Positions 49,675 through 60,026 of a stretch of DNA of 64,000 bases are shown here, in pieces. Under the pieces are notes generated by a model. It was not told the origin of the DNA. It was given only the letters and a program-made list of their open reading frames with translations, and searched no databases. Position numbers and translations under genes: made by a program. Source of the DNA: Gemmatimonadota bacterium. GTDB lineage: Bacteria; Gemmatimonadota; Gemmatimonadetes; Longimicrobiales; Gaopeijiaceae. Each line of letters begins with the position of its first letter. Positions within the stretch are counted from its first letter, which is position 1. The stretch covers positions 32,001-96,000 of the forward strand of contig JBDHHQ010000015.1 of assembly GCA_039589315.1 (NCBI GenBank), in the 5' to 3' direction.

Positions 49675-49729
49675 TTGACCCGCGATGACCCGCTGTCTAG
49701 TTTCCAGTCGAAAAAGAGAATCATTCTTG
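49675..49729 (+). promoter_or_regulatory. suf promoter and Fur-family-like operator
   Basis: TTGACC(49675)-N17-TAGTTT(49698); AGAGAAT-C-ATTCTTG (49715-49729) resembles the 7-1-7 Fur box. Confidence 0.6.
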
Positions 49730-49760
49730 ATAAGTAACCGTCACCAACGGGCCGAATGGG

Positions 49761-50537
49761 ATGAGCGACTCGCCAATTCTGAAGATCACCGAGCTTCGTG
49801 CCAAGGTCGCAGAGGAAGACCTCGAGATCCTGAAGGGCGTCGATCTGGAGCTGCACAGGGGAGAGATCCACGCCATCATGGGCCCCAACGGCTCCGGCAA
49901 GAGCACTCTCGCCAACGTCCTGGCCGGACACCCCGGCTATGAGGTCACGGCCGGAGCAGTGCTGTATCAGGGTCAGGACCTCTTGGAGCTCGAGCCTGAC
50001 GAGCGGGCTCTCGAAGGGGTCTTCCTGGCGTTTCAATACCCTGTGGAGATCCCGGGTGTCTCCATCGCGAACTTCATGCGGACGGCCCTGCAGGCCCGCC
50101 TGGAGGAAGGAGAGGAGTTGGATCTCTTCGATTTCCAGGACGAGCTGCTCGATCGCATGAAGCTCCTGGACATGGAGCCCGCCTTCGCGGAGAGGCCCGT
50201 GAACGACGGGTTCAGCGGCGGCGAGAAGAAGAGGAACGAGATCCTCCAGATGGCGGTCCTCCAGCCCGCCCTGGCCCTCATGGACGAGACCGACTCCGGA
50301 TTGGATATCGACGCCCTCCAGATCGTGGCCCACGGCGTGAATACGCTGCGGGAGGAGCACCCCGAGATGACGGTGCTGCTCATCACCCACTATCAGCGTC
50401 TTCTCAACTACATCGAGCCGGACTTCGTACACGTCATGGTGGATGGCCGAATCGTGCGCTCGGGCGGCCCCGACGTGGCCCTCGAGCTGGAAGAGGGCGG
50501 ATACGATGTGTACCGAGAAGAGCCTGCACCGGTCTGA
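49761..50537 (+). CDS. sufC: Fe-S assembly ATPase SufC
   Basis: [40 protein letters not shown]. Confidence 0.97.
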   Translation: MSDSPILKITELRAKVAEEDLEILKGVDLELHRGEIHAIMGPNGSGKSTLANVLAGHPGYEVTAGAVLYQGQDLLELEPDERALEGVFLAFQYPVEIPGVSIANFMRTALQARLEEGEELDLFDFQDELLDRMKLLDMEPAFAERPVNDGFSGGEKKRNEILQMAVLQPALALMDETDSGLDIDALQIVAHGVNTLREEHPEMTVLLITHYQRLLNYIEPDFVHVMVDGRIVRSGGPDVALELEEGGYDVYREEPAPV

Positions 50538-50591
50538 GACGAGGCCCGACCCTCCGTGACCGAGACCCGGTAGCCAACCAGGAGTCCCACC

Positions 50592-52007
50592 ATGCCCAAG
50601 AACGAGCTCGTCGAAGGTCTCGAGCTAGACGACTACAAGTACGATTTCGTCGACGACGTCAAGCCCGTCTTCCGAACGCGCAAGGGCCTGGACGAACAGA
50701 TCGTGCGGGACATTCACGCCCACAAGGAAGAGCCCGAGTGGATGCTCGAGTTCCGCCTGAAGGCGTTGAAGATCTACGAGGCAAAGCCCATGCCTCGGTG
50801 GGGTGCCGATCTGAGCGACCTGCAGGCGGTCCTGGAAGAGATCTACTACTACGTCAAGCCCCAGGATCAGATGGAGCATTCCTGGGACGACGTCCCCGAG
50901 AACATCAAGCGGACCTTCGAGAAGCTGGGAATCCCGGAAGCCGAGCAAAAGGTGCTGGCCGGCGTGGGCGCTCAGTACGAGTCGGAGATGGTGTACCACT
51001 CCTTGAAGGAGGAGTGGGAGTCCCAGGGCGTGATCTTCGACTCGATCGAAGATGGCCTCAGGAACCATCCCGAGCTGTTCCGGAAGTACTTCTCGACGGT
51101 GGTGCCCATCGCGGACAACAAGTTCAGCGCCCTGAACTCGGCGGTCTGGTCCGGCGGCTCATTCGTCTACATTCCGAAGGGCGTTGAGCTCGGAACGCCG
51201 CTGCAGGCCTACTTCCGGGTCAACCAGGAGCGCATGGGCCAGTTCGAGCGCACGCTCATCATCGCCGACGAGGGCTCGCGCGCTCATTACATCGAGGGCT
51301 GCACGGCTCCGGTCTACTCCACCGAGTCATTCCACTCGGGCGTCATCGAGATCGTGGTGGGTCGCGGCGCGCACTTCCGCTACACGACCATCCAGAACTG
51401 GTCAAACAACATGTACAACCTCGTGACCCAACGCGCGCTGGTGAACGAGGGCGCCACCATGGAGTGGCTCGACGGCAACCTGGGTTCCAAGGCCACCATG
51501 AAGTACCCGTCGTGCTACCTGGTGGGCGAGCGAGCGCACGGCAACATCTTGTCGATTGCCTACGCGGGAGACGGACAGCATCAGGATACCGGCGGCAAAG
51601 TCGTACACGCCGCTCCGCACACCACGTCGTCCATCGTCTCCAAGTCGATCTCGAAGGGCACGGGACGGTCGTCCTATCGGGGCCTCTGCAAGGTGTACGA
51701 GGGTGCCACCGGCGCGAAGTCGAACGTTGAATGTGACGCACTCCTCATCAGCGACACCTCGCGCACGGACACGTACCCCTACATCGAGATCGAGGAGAAC
51801 GACGCCAACGTCGGCCACGAGGCCACGGTGTCGAAGATCGGCGACGAGCAGCTCTTCTATCTGATGAGCAGGGGGATGAGCCAGGAGGAGGCCATGGCGC
51901 TGATCGTCCGCGGCTTCATCGAGCCGATCGCCAAGCAGCTGCCCCTCGAGTACGCGGTGGAGTTGAACAGGCTGATAGAGCTGGAGATGGAAGGCTCTGT
52001 GGGATAG
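50592..52007 (+). CDS. sufB: Fe-S assembly protein SufB
   Basis: [43 protein letters not shown]. Confidence 0.97.
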   Translation: MPKNELVEGLELDDYKYDFVDDVKPVFRTRKGLDEQIVRDIHAHKEEPEWMLEFRLKALKIYEAKPMPRWGADLSDLQAVLEEIYYYVKPQDQMEHSWDDVPENIKRTFEKLGIPEAEQKVLAGVGAQYESEMVYHSLKEEWESQGVIFDSIEDGLRNHPELFRKYFSTVVPIADNKFSALNSAVWSGGSFVYIPKGVELGTPLQAYFRVNQERMGQFERTLIIADEGSRAHYIEGCTAPVYSTESFHSGVIEIVVGRGAHFRYTTIQNWSNNMYNLVTQRALVNEGATMEWLDGNLGSKATMKYPSCYLVGERAHGNILSIAYAGDGQHQDTGGKVVHAAPHTTSSIVSKSISKGTGRSSYRGLCKVYEGATGAKSNVECDALLISDTSRTDTYPYIEIEENDANVGHEATVSKIGDEQLFYLMSRGMSQEEAMALIVRGFIEPIAKQLPLEYAVELNRLIELEMEGSVG

Positions 52008-52086
52008 GGCGCGATTCAAACCACGAAGAACGGGATAGATGCACTGGGCGCGTGCTGGCAGCACTGAAAACGGAACGTTTCGATAC

Positions 52087-53466
52087 ATGAGTGACACGAT
52101 CGTCAAGGATCGCCCTGTGGAGGGCGTGACGGAGGCCCTGAACCGCGACGCGGTCATCGCGCAAGGGGCCAGGGAGCCGGAGTGGCTCCGAGAGCGTCGC
52201 CTCCATGCCTGGGGCATGTACGAGCGGACGCCGATGCCGAGCACCCGCCTCGAAGAGTGGCGGTACACAGACCTCTCGCGGCTTCTGCAGCTCGACGGCA
52301 TGCTGCTGGCGGAGGACCCTGACATCCCGGATGATCCGTCCGCCTTCCCGGCTCAGCTGGTCGAGACCATGAACGAGGACCGGGACGCGGCGGGGCACCT
52401 CGTGGAAGTCGACGGTCACGTGGTTCATACCGACCTCAGCCCCGACCTGGCTTCCAAGGGTGTGGTGCTCGCGTCACTCCACGACGCCATCGAGATGCGG
52501 CCCGAGCTGGTGGAGCGGTACCTGGCGACGGAGGCGGTGCCTCCCGAGGAGGGCAAGTTCCAGGCGCTCAACGCGGCCCTGTGGACGGACGGGATCTTCC
52601 TGTTCGTGCCAAGGGGCGTGCGCCTGGAGCTTCCGGTACGAGTGACCCGATGGATCTCGGGTGGGGGTATCGCGGCCTTCTCGCGCACGCTCATAGTGGC
52701 GGAGGAGGGCTGCCAGGTCTCCTATGTGGACGAAGTCCTCTCGGACGACCTCGAATCCCAGTCCCTGGTCTCGTCCGCGGTGGAGGTCATCGCCGCAGAC
52801 CAAGCTCAGGTCCAGTACGTGTCCCTACAGCGACTGGGGAGGGGCGCGTTCCACCAGTCCGCCCAACGTACACTGGCCAGCCGAGACGCGACGCTGGACA
52901 CCTTGAATGTGAGCGTGGGCGCCTCGGTCGCTCGTGTCGACCTGAACGCCCAGCTACTCGGTCCCGGCGCCAATAGCGACATGCTGGGCCTCTACTTCGG
53001 TGACGGCGACCAGCACTTCGACCACAACACCAGCCAGGACCACGTGGCGGACCACGCGGCCAGCGACCTGCTCTACAAGGGTGCGCTGGACGACGCGTCG
53101 CGTTCGGTATTCCGTGGCATCATCCGGGTGCACCCCGGCGCCCAGCGCACCGACGCATACCAGACCAACCGCAATCTTCTCCTCTCGGGCGACGCGAGAG
53201 CCGACTCGCTCCCCAACCTGGAGATCGAGGCCGACGACGTTCGCTGCTCTCACGGCGCTACGGTGGGCCATCTGGACGAGGAGGCGCTGTTCTATCTGAT
53301 GAGCCGCGGCCTCGAGAAGGCAAAGGCAGAGCGCCTGGTCGTTCTCGGCTTCCTGGGCGAGGTGCTTTCGCGGCTGCCCCTTGGCGGCGTCGTAGAGAAG
53401 GTCACGCGGGTGATCGAGCAGAAGCTCGTGGTCCACTCGGCCAATGGCGACACCCGAGTAGCTTGA
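52087..53466 (+). CDS. sufD: Fe-S assembly protein SufD
   Basis: EEWRYT, PNLEIEADDVRCSHGATVG. Confidence 0.95.
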   Translation: MSDTIVKDRPVEGVTEALNRDAVIAQGAREPEWLRERRLHAWGMYERTPMPSTRLEEWRYTDLSRLLQLDGMLLAEDPDIPDDPSAFPAQLVETMNEDRDAAGHLVEVDGHVVHTDLSPDLASKGVVLASLHDAIEMRPELVERYLATEAVPPEEGKFQALNAALWTDGIFLFVPRGVRLELPVRVTRWISGGGIAAFSRTLIVAEEGCQVSYVDEVLSDDLESQSLVSSAVEVIAADQAQVQYVSLQRLGRGAFHQSAQRTLASRDATLDTLNVSVGASVARVDLNAQLLGPGANSDMLGLYFGDGDQHFDHNTSQDHVADHAASDLLYKGALDDASRSVFRGIIRVHPGAQRTDAYQTNRNLLLSGDARADSLPNLEIEADDVRCSHGATVGHLDEEALFYLMSRGLEKAKAERLVVLGFLGEVLSRLPLGGVVEKVTRVIEQKLVVHSANGDTRVA

Positions 53467-53514
53467 CCCGGTCGGATCGAAAGGTGGCAAGGCTCACGAG
53501 TGTGCGGAACGGCC

Positions 53515-53826
53515 GTGTCTAGCTGGGTGCGGGTGGCCGGTGTCGACGAGCTCCCTGCCGGTGAGCTCCTCGGTGTGGAGGCGGAGGGAAAGAAGATCGT
53601 GCTTGCCAACGTAGCCGGCGACCTATACGCGCTGCTCGATCAGTGCTCTCATGAGGACCTACCCCTCTCGGCGGGCCTTCTGGAGGGTGAGCGGCTGGAG
53701 TGCGTCTGGCACGGGGCACAGTTCGACGTGTGCTCCGGTCGGGCCACCAGCCTGCCGGCCATTCGCCCGGTCAAGACCTTCGACGTCGACATCCGAGGCT
53801 CCGAGATCTACGTGGACGTGGACTGA
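53515..53826 (+). CDS. Rieske-type [2Fe-2S] ferredoxin
   Basis: CSH...CVWHGAQFD. Confidence 0.9.
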   Translation: MSSWVRVAGVDELPAGELLGVEAEGKKIVLANVAGDLYALLDQCSHEDLPLSAGLLEGERLECVWHGAQFDVCSGRATSLPAIRPVKTFDVDIRGSEIYVDVD

Positions 53827-53844
53827 GGTTCGGAGGAGGACGAC

Positions 53845-55089
53845 GTGCAAGGCATAGCCGCTGGCCTGGACCCCGTCGCACTGCGACTCGACTTCCCCGC
53901 GCTCCAGCAGGACGTCAACGGCAAGCCCCTCGTCTACCTCGACAACGCTGCCACCTCGCAAAAGCCACGAGCGGTCATCGAAGCGGTGGCGCGGTACTAT
54001 CGGGAAGACAACGCCAACGTGCACCGGGGGATTCACGAGCTGAGCCGTCGGGCCACTGTGGCGTACGAGGAATCCCGGGCCAAGGTGGCCGGCTTCATCA
54101 ACGCCTCCGATCCGTCCGAGGTCGTGTTCACCCGAGGCACGACCGAGGCCATCAACCTGGTGGCGGGCAGCTGGGGCCACGAGCTCGTGAGCGAGGGGGA
54201 CGAGATCCTCCTGAGCGTTCTCGAGCACCACTCCAACATCGTACCCTGGCAACTGCTCGCTGCCAGGACGGGAGCCAGGCTTCGCTATATCGAGCTCGAC
54301 GACGAGGGGCGCATGGTCCTCGACGACCTGCCCCGACTCGTCACCCCCCGGACACGGATCGTCGCCGTCTCCCACGTGTCCAACGCCCTGGGCACCATCA
54401 ATCCGATCGGCCGGATCGCGCGAGCCGCACGTGAGCACGGTGCCCTGGTCGTGATCGACGGGGCGCAGGGCGCGGTCCACCTACCGGTGGACGTCCAGAC
54501 GCTCGGCGTCGACGTCTACGCGCTCTCGGGCCACAAGATGTGCGGACCGACGGGTATAGGCGCGCTCTGGGCCCGGCGGGAGCTCCTGGAGAGCATGCCT
54601 CCGTATCACGGCGGCGGCGAGATGATCCGAGTGGTGGAGCGGGAAGCGAGCACATGGGCGGAGGTGCCGCACAAGTTCGAGGCGGGCACGCCCAACATCG
54701 CCGGCGCCATCGGTCTCGGCGCCGCGGTGGACTACCTGGCCCGCATAGGGCCCGAGGCCCTGGTCACCCACGAGCGAGACGTGGTCGGGTACGCCCTGGA
54801 CCGTCTGGCGGAGCTCGAGGGGATCCGGATCTACGGGCCCCGGAGCGTCGAGGAGCGGTCGGGGATCGTGTCATTCACGCTTGGCGACGCCCACCCGCAC
54901 GACATTGCGACCATCCTGGACTCGGAAGGTGTCGCGGTACGCGCCGGGCATCACTGCGCCCAACTCGTGATGAAGTGCTTCGGGATCTCCGCTACCGCCC
55001 GCGCGTCGTTCTACCTCTACAACACCCGGGAAGACGCGGACCGTCTCGTCAGCGCCCTCCAGATCGTTCGGGAGATCTTCTCCCAATGA
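53845..55089 (+). CDS. sufS: Cysteine desulfurase SufS
   Basis: YLDNAATSQKP, EHHSN, SGHKM, RAGHHCA. Confidence 0.96.
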   Translation: MQGIAAGLDPVALRLDFPALQQDVNGKPLVYLDNAATSQKPRAVIEAVARYYREDNANVHRGIHELSRRATVAYEESRAKVAGFINASDPSEVVFTRGTTEAINLVAGSWGHELVSEGDEILLSVLEHHSNIVPWQLLAARTGARLRYIELDDEGRMVLDDLPRLVTPRTRIVAVSHVSNALGTINPIGRIARAAREHGALVVIDGAQGAVHLPVDVQTLGVDVYALSGHKMCGPTGIGALWARRELLESMPPYHGGGEMIRVVEREASTWAEVPHKFEAGTPNIAGAIGLGAAVDYLARIGPEALVTHERDVVGYALDRLAELEGIRIYGPRSVEERSGIVSFTLGDAHPHDIATILDSEGVAVRAGHHCAQLVMKCFGISATARASFYLYNTREDADRLVSALQIVREIFSQ

Positions 55090-55097
55090 GGGCGTGA

Positions 55098-55220
55098 GGT
55101 CGAGTGGAGCGCTTCGCGGTAAGGACCCGCACGGGGTCGATTGAGGCGCCTCGCGGTGAGGACTCGCCCGAGGCCCACCCGGACGCCTCGCACTGAGGAC
55201 TCGCACGGCCGGTTGAGGCA
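55098..55220. repeat. Degenerate tandem repeat, 37-nt period, about 3.3 copies
   Basis: Cores CGCTTCGCGGTAAGGACCCGCACGG (55110), CGCCTCGCGGTGAGGACTCGCCCGA (55147), CGCCTCGCACTGAGGACTCGCACGG (55184). Confidence 0.7.
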
Positions 55221-55302
55221 CCCGTGCCGTGTCTCTGGAGAAAACGCCTGTTCCGTCGTTAGATTGGTTTCTCCACACCCTTCAGAAACGGGTTCCGCGG
55301 CC

Positions 55303-55761
55303 ATGAGCCAACCACAGTTGACCTCCCTCTACCAGGCCCTCATCCTGGACCACTACCGGAATCCCCGGAACAAGGCCGAGATGGAGGAACACACGGTGGA
55401 AGTTCACATGGCCAATCCCGTGTGCGGCGACGAGATCAAGCTCCAGCTACAACTCGACGAGCACCAGGGCGAGATCGTCAGGGCCAGCTTCAAGGGCCAA
55501 GGGTGCTCCATTTCCCAGGCCGCGGTCTCCATGATGACTGTGCTCCTCGAGGGCCGGAACGTGGACGACGCGGTGGGCATCGCCGAACGGTTCACCGAGA
55601 TGATGCACGGAGACGAGTCGGCGGCCCGGGACAAGAGCCTGGGTGACCTGCGCGCCCTCCAGGGGGTGAGCAAGTTCCCGGTTCGCATCAAGTGTGCGCT
55701 CCTGGGGTTCGATGCACTGCAGGAGGCGCTCAAGCAGGCCGGCCTCGGCGAGGCACACTGA
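55303..55761 (+). CDS. sufU: SufU Fe-S/sulfur transfer protein
   Basis: LYQALILDHY, NPVCGDEI, GCSISQA, RIKCA. Confidence 0.93.
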   Translation: MSQPQLTSLYQALILDHYRNPRNKAEMEEHTVEVHMANPVCGDEIKLQLQLDEHQGEIVRASFKGQGCSISQAAVSMMTVLLEGRNVDDAVGIAERFTEMMHGDESAARDKSLGDLRALQGVSKFPVRIKCALLGFDALQEALKQAGLGEAH

Positions 55762-55840
55762 GCCCCCCGTCGGCGGTCGTGTCTACTCGACGCCTCATCA
55801 TCCCCATCTCCGCGCCCCACGACCCAGAGGGCACGAAGCC

Positions 55841-57241
55841 GTGCTCCTGACTTTCTGGGGCGCCGCCCGCACCGTCACGGGCTCCATGCACCTGTTGGAG
55901 CTCGAGGACGGCCGGCGACTCTTGATGGACTGTGGTCTCTTCCAGGGCCGGCGCGCCCGCGCGCAGGAGATCAACAGCGAGCTCCCGTTCGAGGCGGCCT
56001 CCCTCGACGCCGTCCTGCTTTCCCACGCCCACATCGACCACTCGGGCCTCCTGCCCAAGCTCCACCAGCTGGGCTTCCGCGGGCCTATCTTCGCCACTTC
56101 GGCGACGGTCGATCTCTGCTCCGCCATGCTGCCGGACAGCGCCCACATCCAGGAGAAGGACGTCCGGTACGTCAACAAGCGGCATCGGCGCAAGGGACTC
56201 CCCGCGGTCGAGCCTTTGTACGGCATGGCCGATGCCGAAGCGGTTCTGGAGGTCTTCGAGGAGGTGGACTACGGCGCCACGTTTTCACCGATTCCGGGCG
56301 TCGAAGTCGAATACCGGGATGCAGGGCACATCCTGGGTTCGGCCTCCATGGTCCTCGCCGTCCAGGAAGGCGGTCGAACGCTGCGCCTTGGGTTCACGGG
56401 AGACGTAGGACGCTCCGACCGACCCATCCTGAGGGACCCTCAACCCATGGCGGACTGCGATTGGCTGATCTCGGAGTCGACCTACGGAGGCAAGGTCCAC
56501 GAGCCTCCATCACGGTCCAAGGGCCGACTGGAGGAGGTGGTCCGCCGGACCGCGGCCCGGGGCGGGAAGGTCATCATTCCGGCCTTCGCCGTCGGGCGCA
56601 CGCAGGAGATCGTCTATATCCTGGATCAACTCGAGACGGACGGAAAGCTGCCCCCGATCCCCATATTCGTGGACAGCCCTCTGGCTGTGAACGTGACGAC
56701 CACGTACCGGAACCACCCCGAGTGCTACGACGCGGACCTGCTGGAGTATTTGACCACGGACGACGACGCGTTCGGCTTTGGCCGGCTGAGCTATGTTCGC
56801 GAAGCGGAGGACTCCAAGAAGCTGAACAAGTCGCGGTTGCCGATGGTGGTCGTCTCCGCCTCGGGCATGTGCGAGGCGGGTCGGATCCTACACCATCTGA
56901 AGCACGGAGTCGAGGATCCGCGCAATACGGTCGTTATCGTTGGGTACTGTGCTGAGCACACACTTGGCAAGCGACTTGTCGATCGAGCTCCCGCGGTGCG
57001 GATCTTCGGCGAGGAATACAGGTTGCGGGCTGAGGTCGAGGTCATGAACTCCTACTCGGCCCATGCAGACGAGCCCGAGCTGCTGAGCTTCCTGTCTCAC
57101 CTGGACCGAGAGCGACTCCGGAAGGTCTTCCTCGTCCATGGGGACCCGGAGCGGCAGCAGGCGCTTTCCGCCGCTCTCGACGGGCAGGGCTACGCCGCGG
57201 TAGAGGCCCCGGGGCGAGGCCAGACCGTCCGGCTCCGCTGA
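55841..57241 (+). CDS. Metallo-beta-lactamase fold beta-CASP ribonuclease
   Basis: GAARTVTGS, SHAHIDH, AGHILG, ESTYG, SAHAD, VHG. Confidence 0.92.
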   Translation: MLLTFWGAARTVTGSMHLLELEDGRRLLMDCGLFQGRRARAQEINSELPFEAASLDAVLLSHAHIDHSGLLPKLHQLGFRGPIFATSATVDLCSAMLPDSAHIQEKDVRYVNKRHRRKGLPAVEPLYGMADAEAVLEVFEEVDYGATFSPIPGVEVEYRDAGHILGSASMVLAVQEGGRTLRLGFTGDVGRSDRPILRDPQPMADCDWLISESTYGGKVHEPPSRSKGRLEEVVRRTAARGGKVIIPAFAVGRTQEIVYILDQLETDGKLPPIPIFVDSPLAVNVTTTYRNHPECYDADLLEYLTTDDDAFGFGRLSYVREAEDSKKLNKSRLPMVVVSASGMCEAGRILHHLKHGVEDPRNTVVIVGYCAEHTLGKRLVDRAPAVRIFGEEYRLRAEVEVMNSYSAHADEPELLSFLSHLDRERLRKVFLVHGDPERQQALSAALDGQGYAAVEAPGRGQTVRLR

Positions 57242-57258
57242 GCCTGACTCGGTCCGGA

Positions 57259-58572
57259 TCACGGCGTCAGCTGCAGCCGCTCGCGACGGGCTCCCAGCAG
57301 CGTCGCCGGTGCCGGAGCGGCGGGCTTCAGCAGCACTTTGATCGCCTCGCTCCGCCCATGATTCGCGGCCGCCACCAACGCGGTCCCAAACTGGCTCAGC
57401 GGAAACACGTGCGTCACGATCTCACCCACGGAAACGTCATGCTCCGTAAGCAGATCTTGAGTAATCTGAAACGTATGTTCTAATCTACCGCGCCAGCGCT
57501 CCGGCCCATATCCCAGGAAGCCCTGGACATGGAGCTCCCGGGCCCAGAGGAACGTGAGATCCAGACGCCGAAGCTCGCCCGCGCACCCGAGCAGGACGAT
57601 CCGGCCGCGAGGTGATGCGTACCGCACGGACTCACCCACGCTGTCTCGACTGCCGACGCAATCGAAGATGAGCGGGAAGCCGCCGCCCGAGTAGACCTCT
57701 GGGCCAACCAGAGGCAGGTACGCCCGAGCGCCCGTGCCGACGAGCGCCTCGCGAGCCCCCTCACCGGGCGTGATGGTCTCCGTCGCCCCCAGCAGCGCGT
57801 GCATCCTGGCCTCATGGCGACGCTTGGCCTGAGCGATGACCGGGCCTTCGAAGCCGGTGGCGCGCAGGGCCCACACGGTCGCGAGGGCGACGGCTCCGCT
57901 CCCGATCACGAGCACTGGCTGGGTCGACGCGGGTGGTGGACCCGCACGAATGACAGCCCGCATGCCAATCGACAGTGGCTCGATGAGAGCCGCCGTGCTG
58001 TCGTCGAGCGCGTCCGACACCGGAAAAAGCTGGCTCTCGTGGGCGATGGTGAGCTCACCCCACCCACCGGGAAGGTCTCGGTGGTAGCCCATCGTGAGGC
58101 CCCGCGCCAGCGGACGACCACCGATGGTCATGGGGCCCTCTTCCCCGGCGTTCTCGCACGTGGAGTGGTTGCCCGAGCGACACGAGGGACACTCGGCATC
58201 GGGCGCGTAGCCCCGCACCGTGCACGACAGGAGCGGATCCACGACCACCCGCTGCCCGACCTCCACCCGCGTGACGGCTGGTCCCGTCTTCTCGACGACG
58301 GCCAGAATCTCGTGACCGGGCACCGACGGGAACGAACCGAATGGCTCCATCGCCGGGCTGGACCGGTACGAGAGGTTGCCGACGTCGGTCCCGCAGATCC
58401 CGGAGCTGAGCACCTTGAGGCGGGCCCAGCGCGGGCCGGGGATGATGGGCTCGGGGACGTCCTGGAGGCGCAGCCCCGTGAGCCGGCCGAAGAGAGCTCC
58501 GTCGGAGATACGCCCCGCGGTTCGGGCAAACAGATACCGAGGGACGTTGACATCGAAGGTCACGGCGCGCAT
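57259..58572 (-). CDS. Zinc-binding MDR alcohol dehydrogenase
   Basis: GICGTD, GHE, C...CPSC...C structural Zn, VIGSGAVA. Confidence 0.88.
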   Translation of the reverse strand: MRAVTFDVNVPRYLFARTAGRISDGALFGRLTGLRLQDVPEPIIPGPRWARLKVLSSGICGTDVGNLSYRSSPAMEPFGSFPSVPGHEILAVVEKTGPAVTRVEVGQRVVVDPLLSCTVRGYAPDAECPSCRSGNHSTCENAGEEGPMTIGGRPLARGLTMGYHRDLPGGWGELTIAHESQLFPVSDALDDSTAALIEPLSIGMRAVIRAGPPPASTQPVLVIGSGAVALATVWALRATGFEGPVIAQAKRRHEARMHALLGATETITPGEGAREALVGTGARAYLPLVGPEVYSGGGFPLIFDCVGSRDSVGESVRYASPRGRIVLLGCAGELRRLDLTFLWARELHVQGFLGYGPERWRGRLEHTFQITQDLLTEHDVSVGEIVTHVFPLSQFGTALVAAANHGRSEAIKVLLKPAAPAPATLLGARRERLQLTP

Positions 58573-58732
58573 CAGTCGCTCCGGTCGGAAGTTGCTCCCT
58601 GCCCTACGTTGGCCGTGGGAGATGGGTTTCCGAGGTCCGCCCCCGTGTTGAACGCTGCGCCGGCGGCGGGGGTACTCAGGGACGCGTCCGGAGACCGCCG
58701 CCGCTGTCCCCTCTGGCCCTGGATCACGAACC

Positions 58733-60007
58733 ATGAAGACAGCCATCGTTGCCGGGTGCCGGACTCCGTTCGCCCGAGCCGGCACGGCGTTCAAGAACCT
58801 ATCGGCGATCGAGCTCGGAAAGTACGCCGTACGGGAGGTCCTGGCCCGCGGCGACGTGCCGGGCGATGCTGTCGATCAGCTCGTCTACGGTACGGTAGTC
58901 CATGATCCCCATGCGCCCAACATCGCGCGCGAGGTGGGTCTGGGAACATTGCCCAAGAACGTACCGGCCACCACGGTCAGCCGGGCCTGCGCCACCGCGA
59001 ATCAAGCGATCACCGACGCGGTGAACCTGATCGAGATGGGATACGCGGACGTGGTCGTCGCCGGAGGCGCGGAGTCCCTCTCCCACATCCCGATCCTGGT
59101 GACGGACGAGCTCTCCCAAGCGCTGGTCGCGGCATCCAAGGCCAAGTCAGCGGGCCGGCGCCTCTCGGCGATCTCGGGCATCCGCCCTCGAGATCTCCTG
59201 CCGGTCCAACCCCAGATCGCCGAGCCGACGACCGGCGAGACGATGGGCGAGTCCGCGGAGCGAATGGCCAAGGAGAACGGCATCTCCCGCGAGGACCAGG
59301 ACCGGTGGGCCCTTCGGTCCCACCAGCTGGCCCTTGCAGGCACGGAGGACGGTCGCCTCTCCGCCGAGATCACTCCCGTCTACGTGCCTCCGGACTACAC
59401 GCAGGTGGAGGAACGGGACAATGGCATCAGGCCCGACACGAGCCTCGAAGCCCTGGCCGCCCTGCGCCCGGTCTTCGACCGCAGTCACGGGTCGGTGACT
59501 GCCGGCAACGCGTCTCCGCTGACCGATGGGGCTTCGGCGGTGATCCTCATGTCCCAGCGCGCCCTGAAGAGCCATGGTGTGCAGCCTCTCGGCTGGGTGC
59601 GCAGCTACGCATACTCGGCTCTGGACCCCAGTGCACAGCTGCTCCAGGGACCGGCTTATGCGGCTCCGGTCGCGCTGGATCGAGCGGCGGCCACCATGAA
59701 AGACGTCGACCTCATGGAGATGCACGAGGCCTTCGCCGCGCAGGTCCTCTCAAACCTCCAGGCCCTGGCGTCGGACCAGTTCGCCGAAGCCGAGCTCGGT
59801 CGCTCCAAAGCAGTCGGTCATCCCGACGTCGAGGTCATAAACGTCATGGGCGGCTCCATCGCCATCGGGCATCCGTTCGGCGCGACCGGTGGGCGGGTGA
59901 CCCTCACTCTCCTGAACGAGATGGCGCGACGAGACGACGAGCTGGGTCTCGTTACCGTGTGCGCAGCCGGCGGAATGGGCTTCGCGATGGTCCTGGAGCG
60001 ACGCTAG
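58733..60007 (+). CDS. fadI: Acetyl-CoA C-acyltransferase (FadI-type thiolase)
   Basis: SRACAT, HEAFAAQ, GGSIAIGHPFGATG, CAAGG. Confidence 0.88.
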   Translation: MKTAIVAGCRTPFARAGTAFKNLSAIELGKYAVREVLARGDVPGDAVDQLVYGTVVHDPHAPNIAREVGLGTLPKNVPATTVSRACATANQAITDAVNLIEMGYADVVVAGGAESLSHIPILVTDELSQALVAASKAKSAGRRLSAISGIRPRDLLPVQPQIAEPTTGETMGESAERMAKENGISREDQDRWALRSHQLALAGTEDGRLSAEITPVYVPPDYTQVEERDNGIRPDTSLEALAALRPVFDRSHGSVTAGNASPLTDGASAVILMSQRALKSHGVQPLGWVRSYAYSALDPSAQLLQGPAYAAPVALDRAAATMKDVDLMEMHEAFAAQVLSNLQALASDQFAEAELGRSKAVGHPDVEVINVMGGSIAIGHPFGATGGRVTLTLLNEMARRDDELGLVTVCAAGGMGFAMVLERR

Positions 60008-60026
60008 GCGAAATGCAGAGTGGTCT

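Noticed and set aside
55098..55220. CRISPR array
   Set aside because: Linkers are 12 nt and partly similar, repeats are degenerate, and no cas genes are present; kept as a tandem repeat.
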